Source: Reclinomonas americana ATCC 50394 (lineage: Eukaryota). From it: a DNA stretch of 41,230 nucleotides. Below are positions 35,882 to 41,230 of this stretch, in pieces. Position 1 is the stretch's first letter. Each line of letters begins with the position of its first letter. The notes under the pieces are model-generated. The model did not search any database. It was not told where the DNA came from and saw only the letters and a program-made list of their open reading frames with translations. Both the position numbers and the translations under genes were made by a program. The stretch is from contig PS015013.1 of assembly GCA_048213135.1 (NCBI GenBank), positions 287,119 through 328,348 on the forward strand, written 5' to 3'.

Positions 35882-38836
35882 CTATGAGCCACTGTCGCCG
35901 GCGCTGTCGGCCTCCTTGACACCGAACTTTATGCCGTCGTCCTCCTCCATCAGCGCAGTGAGGAATCCGCCAATGTTTCGTCGTTTCGGCTCCTCGGCCG
36001 ATGGTGGTTCGCTCCGCGAGCTGGCGCGCGGATCCCAAGCCCGCTCGCCGTCGGGCTTCACAGTGAACACCCGTGATGCATTGCGCCGCCGCGGTGGACC
36101 AATGTCCCCCGCCGCCATTGCTCCCACACTGGTCCCCATGCTGTTGCGCCCCATGCCACCGCCAATCTGCGGTGGGCCACGCACACGCGGTGATGGCGCT
36201 TGTCGCGACAGCACGTGGCGCAGTCCACTCGGTTGCAGCATCACGGGCTTCTGCAGCGGCGATTCGTCACCTGCCGCACCACTGTCGTCGGAAATGCCGG
36301 AGGTGCCGGCGCCGAATGCAGGAGCAGCGGCCGACTTTGCAGGAGTGGCCTTGCGCCACACGGGCTCGTACCTGGTGAAGCCACCGACTTGACGCAGAGC
36401 CGCTCGCACCTCGGCTGCACGCACGGAGCTGATGAGTGCGCGTCACACAACATGAACAAACACACAGACACGCGCACCTCTTTGTGGCCGAGCAGAGGAA
36501 AACATTCGACCCCGGTCATCTTGTTGCATGTAAAAGTCGCTAATGTCGGAGATACTCGAGGTGTCACTCTCCGCGTCGGTGTCGTACCGGCGGCGCACGG
36601 GACTCGGCACGCGCGCACTCTCCCTGTTGTACTTGTTTGTCATCATCGACGAGGTGCTCCGGCTGTCGTCATCATCCGTGTCGGTCGGTGGCACATGCGT
36701 CATCATTACGTAGCGCATGGCAGCCTCCACCGTCACCAAATGGAAGCCCAGCTCTGTGGCAATGTGCGCGTGTGAGAGACACACTGGGAGAGGACGACAT
36801 GAGAGCAGAATGCTGACAACTCACCTGTGGGTGCCACAGCCTGCGGCATGCACTCACGCATGTATTCGCAGTTGGCAAACACACACCGCGCCTGTGTTTG
36901 CACAAGAGCCCAGGCCACCAACGGCAGCAACTCATCCGTGGTCAGCAACTGCGCCGTACCGCCTGTGACAAAAAAAGAGTCAGTTAACGAATGCGGCGTA
37001 TTGCGTGAGTCAGCAGTCCAGCGCACCAGTTTGTGAGGCCTGACTCTCCGACGCCGAGTTGGCGGCCGTGGCCACCGATCGCACAAACCCCGAGAGCACA
37101 TACAATTTCTCCAGTGGATTGGTGAACTGATTGAGTGCATGCAACACTCGTCCACGCTGCGGCAACTCCACCATGCCCACCCAGTCGGCAACGCCAAAAT
37201 CCTGCGGCGTGCGATCCTGCAAGCTCTCGTAGGCCTCCTCCAGCTGCACGTCTTGCTCCCGGTTGACGGTGCGAATGTGATCAAACAGCTTCTCGTACAC
37301 TGCCGCGCCAACGGGGTGAGTATTGTGAAGCACATGAGCGCTCAGAGAGAGAGGAAATCTCACCATAGTGATGCACATACGAATGCATGGCCTTGCTGAT
37401 CTTGGGTGCCAGCGAGGGATCTGTCTGGCACGTGGCAGCCGTGCGCACATCGCTGTTGATGTATGCGTCGGTGAATTGGTTGTGCAGTCGGTCCAGCTTG
37501 TCAATGGACTGGCGCTCGTAACCCGGCAAGAGAATCATGGACCGGTTGAACTCGCCGAGTTTCACACGCAGCCGCAGAAGAACTTTGGCGCCCTCGCTGC
37601 CGGCACACGTCTTCAAAAAGTCTTCCATACTGCACGCACACATGCGCATACACACAGACAAGTGATGAGGATGAGCATGGAAGAGTGGCACAATAATTGG
37701 CATCAACAACGCACGCTCGGAAACCCCACGGAATGATGCTGGTATCCTCGCGCTGTGCAGCAGCAGCGGCAGCTGCCGACGACGATGACGACTTGCCCGT
37801 CTGCCCATTCACATGCGCAGTGGCCACAGGCACACCGGCGCCAGCCGCCGCCTTTAGATCATCGACACTGGCCGAGCCGGCCAACGAACGCGGCGAATGC
37901 GTGGCAGACGACGACGACGGACTGATGTTGCCCGACGACGACACACTGCCGGCGGCCGCCGCCAGCGCCACAGGTGCATGATACGGCAACGTACTCAGAT
38001 CAAGCTTGGCCGGCAACGCACCGCTCTCCGCCGGTCGGTACTCATTCAACGGGAACGGAATACTGATCAGCCGCAGCGTCGCCGACGCCGATCGTCTCCG
38101 CGAGACCGAATCCGCAGCTGCTGCTCCTCCGTTGCCACCACTGTTGCCACCACCAGACACATCCTCGTAATCATCGTCGGGAGTCGCTGTGCGGTGGTGA
38201 TGCTGACCCGTGGAGAAACGCGCCTCCTCGGCCAACACCGGCACTCGCATACCCGTGGGGAAACCACCATTCTGCCCACCGACATGTCAGCTGCAGAGAC
38301 AGCTCACTGAGAGCACACAAGTCTCACCGGCACAGCCACGAGGTATCCATCGGCAATCGTCACCTGCTGATCTCGGCTCGTGATGAAACGACCTCGAAAG
38401 TACGGCGACGGGAAGAAAATGTGTGACACTGTGCAGTCACAGTCAGTCAATGACCCCCATATGTGTGTACAGAGTGCGTGTTTGTGCACGTGTGTGTGTC
38501 AGAGAGAGTAGAAGAGGACGATACGCAACAGAGTGCATCTCGCCGCCGTGTTTTGCGCGTGGCCGCTGACTCTGACGATGATGACGACATTGCTCCTGCT
38601 CCTGCTCCTCCCAGTGATGACACACCACCACCACCACCACCACCACCAGCAAGAGCAGAAGGAGGCGGAGGTGGAGGTGGAGGAGGAGGTTGTGCATTGG
38701 GCAAGCCGAGCAGCCACTCACAGCGACTGGTGGGCAGTGCCACGACTCCACCCATGGCATTCGCTCGTGCAATCTCCTCGCCACACTCGGCACATAGCAC
38801 ACGCAGGAGTGGGTGGTCAGCCAGTGAGACCTCCAT
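35882..38836 (-). CDS. VPS9-domain Rab GEF with a VARP/ANKRD27-like N-terminal domain and no ankyrin repeats
   Basis: N-terminal LADHPLL..GGVVALP..SHIFFPS..FITSRDQQVTI..RVPVLAEE..ISIPFPL; VPS9 core LNQFTNPLEKL, LLTTDELLPLVAWALV, ANCEYM, ELGFHLVTVEAAMRYV. Confidence 0.85.
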
Positions 38837-38922
38837 TCGTTCGCACCACTTGCAGAGAGAGTGGTTGGTGTGACAGTCGTGATCGCGCGAGCTTTGACTG
38901 CATCTCTTCTCACCCTGTCACC

Positions 38923-40053
38923 ATGGGCCAAGACCTGTCAAACATCCACGAGTCTGCTCGACTCGTAGAGTTGCGCACCACCACGCACACACAGTCGTTG
39001 AATGTGTGGCTGACACGCGCGCACCCAGCTCGACTCTGATGCCTCCGCCTCCACGTTCCTCTCCTCTTCCTCCTCCTCCTCCTCCTCCTGCTGCTCCTCC
39101 CACTGCTGCTGCTGCTCCTGCTACTGTGACAGAAGCGACAGCAGCAGCGCCAGAAGTCGAAACAACACAGGTCACTGGCGCATGTCGCCTCTTTACCTCT
39201 CTCCTCCCTGTCTGACAGAAGCAGTCGCAGAAGCAGGAAGAGAAGCCTCCACCACCTCGTGGTAAGGGCAAGGGCAAGGGCGGCCTGAACATCATTGTGG
39301 CGACGGAAGGACGCTTTGTGCTGGAGGAACCTCGTGGGAATGCGCACGTGTCGTTTGGACGCTCGGCACCGGGTGGAAAGCCGCTGTTGGCGCCCTCGGA
39401 GGCACTCTACATGCACGGCATGCGTCGTGCGTGTGTGAAACGCAAGGCCACCGATGCCAACAACATCAAGATCCGTGATCTGTACGGCATGTGCTCGGCC
39501 GTTCGTGTGGCGGCCGGCGACGTGCGGGATCCGGATGTGCGGATGGATTGGGGAGAGTTTGCGGCGTACTCGTTGTTGCGACAGGACGCGGTGGCACGGT
39601 TGCGTTTGTCGAGCAGGCGGCAGCGGCGTCGCGGTCGTCGCAGTCGACATCACGGCTCGTCGGTGCTGCACTATGCCGGTGGACGGTGGAATTCGAGACC
39701 CGCCGATGATGCAGAAGAAGGAGAAGAAGCGCAGGTGGAGCAGATGGACGAGATGGAAGAGGTGCCGCAGACCATGGTGGACGTCTTTCAAGCTGCAAGC
39801 ACTCGTCGACAGATGGAGACGCAACGTGAGCACAAGCTGACGGGAGTGGCCTTGGTCGTACCGTGCGTACCACATGCTTCTCGTTGCTGCCTCCTGCGGG
39901 TTTTCTCGTTAACTCACGCATCGCAGCATGGAGGAGCGCCTGACTACGGATATTGCGCGTGCCGCGTGTAATCGCAGCGGTGTCTCCTTGCTGGCCATGT
40001 CGACGCCACGCAATGTCACCATCTATCGCACGGCCGACGGCATTAACGAGTGA
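38923..40053 (+). CDS. tRNA-splicing endonuclease subunit Sen54-like protein
   Basis: VLEEPRGNAHVSFG..LLAPSEALYM..IRDLY..EFAAYSLLR resembles the Sen54 N-terminal domain, then VDVF and a C-terminal LLAMSTPRNVTIY; 3 in-frame introns. Confidence 0.65.
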
Positions 40054-40056
40054 CGT

Positions 40057-41056
40057 TTACTTGCGCGTACGTGCCCGTTTCTTTGGTGGCGCCTCCTCCT
40101 CCTCTTCTTGCGACGGTGGAGGTGCGGCCGCCGTTGATCCAGACGCCTCGTCGGCTGTTCGTTTGTCGCCTGCCTTCGCTGCTGCCGGCGGGGATGGCAA
40201 TGGCGACTGCAGGCCGTGCTTGGCACGAGCGTGAAACACCCACAACGCCCGCTCCAGCTGCCGCGGAGTGACGTCAAGCTCGGTGGCGCGCTCGCACATG
40301 GCCGTCGCGTAGCGCATGTAGTAGGGAACAGTGAAGGCCACCTTGCCCAGCTCCGGCACCAAGTGCGCCATGTCCTCATCGAAAAACGGCACACCCTCGG
40401 TCATGCACGAGAGGAACGCCGACGCCGTGGCCGGTCCGACACCGCTCAACTCGCACAGCGTCGTAATCGCCCCGCGCAGATCGCCGTCGACCTTGAACAG
40501 CCGATACGCACGCTCCGATAGCTGTCGCACAGTGGCATCGTCGTTCGAGGCCACTGCACCACAATAAGCATTGTACGACACAAGACAAGAGACAAACACG
40601 ACGACTCAACCGAGAGCGCCATTCCGCGGTCGGAACTGCACGCAGAGAGTGAGGAACATAAGGACAACAGTAGCAGCAGTTCAGCAACAATGCTGCTCCC
40701 ACCTTGCCACGAGCCATCTGCTCGGAGAGTAAGCACATGCATACATGCAAAGACAACGATCTTCCCTCCCAACCAAACCTTCCAGGAAGTAATGATCGAC
40801 GCCTCGTCACGAGTCATGTACACAGCATCGTCGCCCACTCGCTGCTGCACGGCCGCACGAACCTGCACGCCACACCCGCACGTGAGACAACACACAAAGG
40901 AGGTCGACATCGACCTCCAGCTGCAACCTTGCCAAACGCCTCCTCCATCTCGCGCAGCTTGTCGCCGGCCTTCCCCGGCACAGCTCGCACAGCGGCATCG
41001 TATGCTGCCACATCGGAAAGCTGCAACACGGCCTCTGCGCTCTCCACAGGCCACAT
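40057..41056 (-). CDS. Helix-hairpin-helix (HhH-GPD-like) protein of an uncharacterised eukaryotic family; start may lie further upstream
   Basis: YMTRDEASIITSWKMARGKFRPRNGALVASN (built from two micro-exons), LCELSGVGPATASAFLS (HhH), VPFFDED, LERALW; C-terminal NLS-like PPKKRARTRK. Confidence 0.8.
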
Positions 41057-41230
41057 ATGAGAAGTCAATCTGTCGAGTCGACAGAGTGAAAGCTTTCTCT
41101 CACGAATGGTCAAGCAGCAGTGGTGGTTGCTTGTCGCGCTGGTCGCTGTTGCCTGGTGCACTGTGAGCTCCACTGCGAGCAGCACTGGCGGTGTGCCGCA
41201 CTATGTCGATGTGCACGGAGTGCCACTCCA

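Noticed and set aside
18279-38836. Functional clustering of trafficking genes (REP, SNARE, VPS9) or tRNA-related genes (FARSB, NARS2, TSEN54-like)
   Set aside because: They are interspersed with unrelated genes, and these categories are common enough to co-occur by chance.

Overview
Gene-dense, intron-rich, GC-rich eukaryotic (protist-like) draft scaffold with 11 N-gaps. I spliced about 20 protein genes by hand. Introns are short (~45-110 nt), GT-AG, and often carry (GT)n/(CA)n/(CT)n tracts. Recognisable genes: NAA50, a GT-A glycosyltransferase, long-chain acyl-CoA synthetase, a DHH/DHHA1 phosphoesterase head-to-head with Pet127, a Cdc25-like/ACR2 rhodanese, Rab escort protein, FARSB, mitochondrial Asn-tRNA ligase, a PGSIP7/8-like GT8, a syntaxin-like Q-SNARE, a VARP-like VPS9 GEF, a TSEN54-like protein and an HhH protein. 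There is also a decayed non-LTR retroelement. Main observations not visible in the ORF track: (1) a U11 minor-spliceosome snRNA gene at ~23749-23873; (2) at least 16 donors of the form GTTGCG/GTTGAG, almost all after a non-G exon end, suggesting routine use of a shifted or bulged U1 register; (3) a Qa-type SNARE whose transmembrane anchor is replaced by a basic + CaaX tail; (4) a GT8 that has lost its DxD and other catalytic motifs; (5) near-strict strand alternation with stop codons as little as 3 bp apart. All family calls rest on remembered motifs; no database searches were run, and CDS coordinates are gene spans that include introns.
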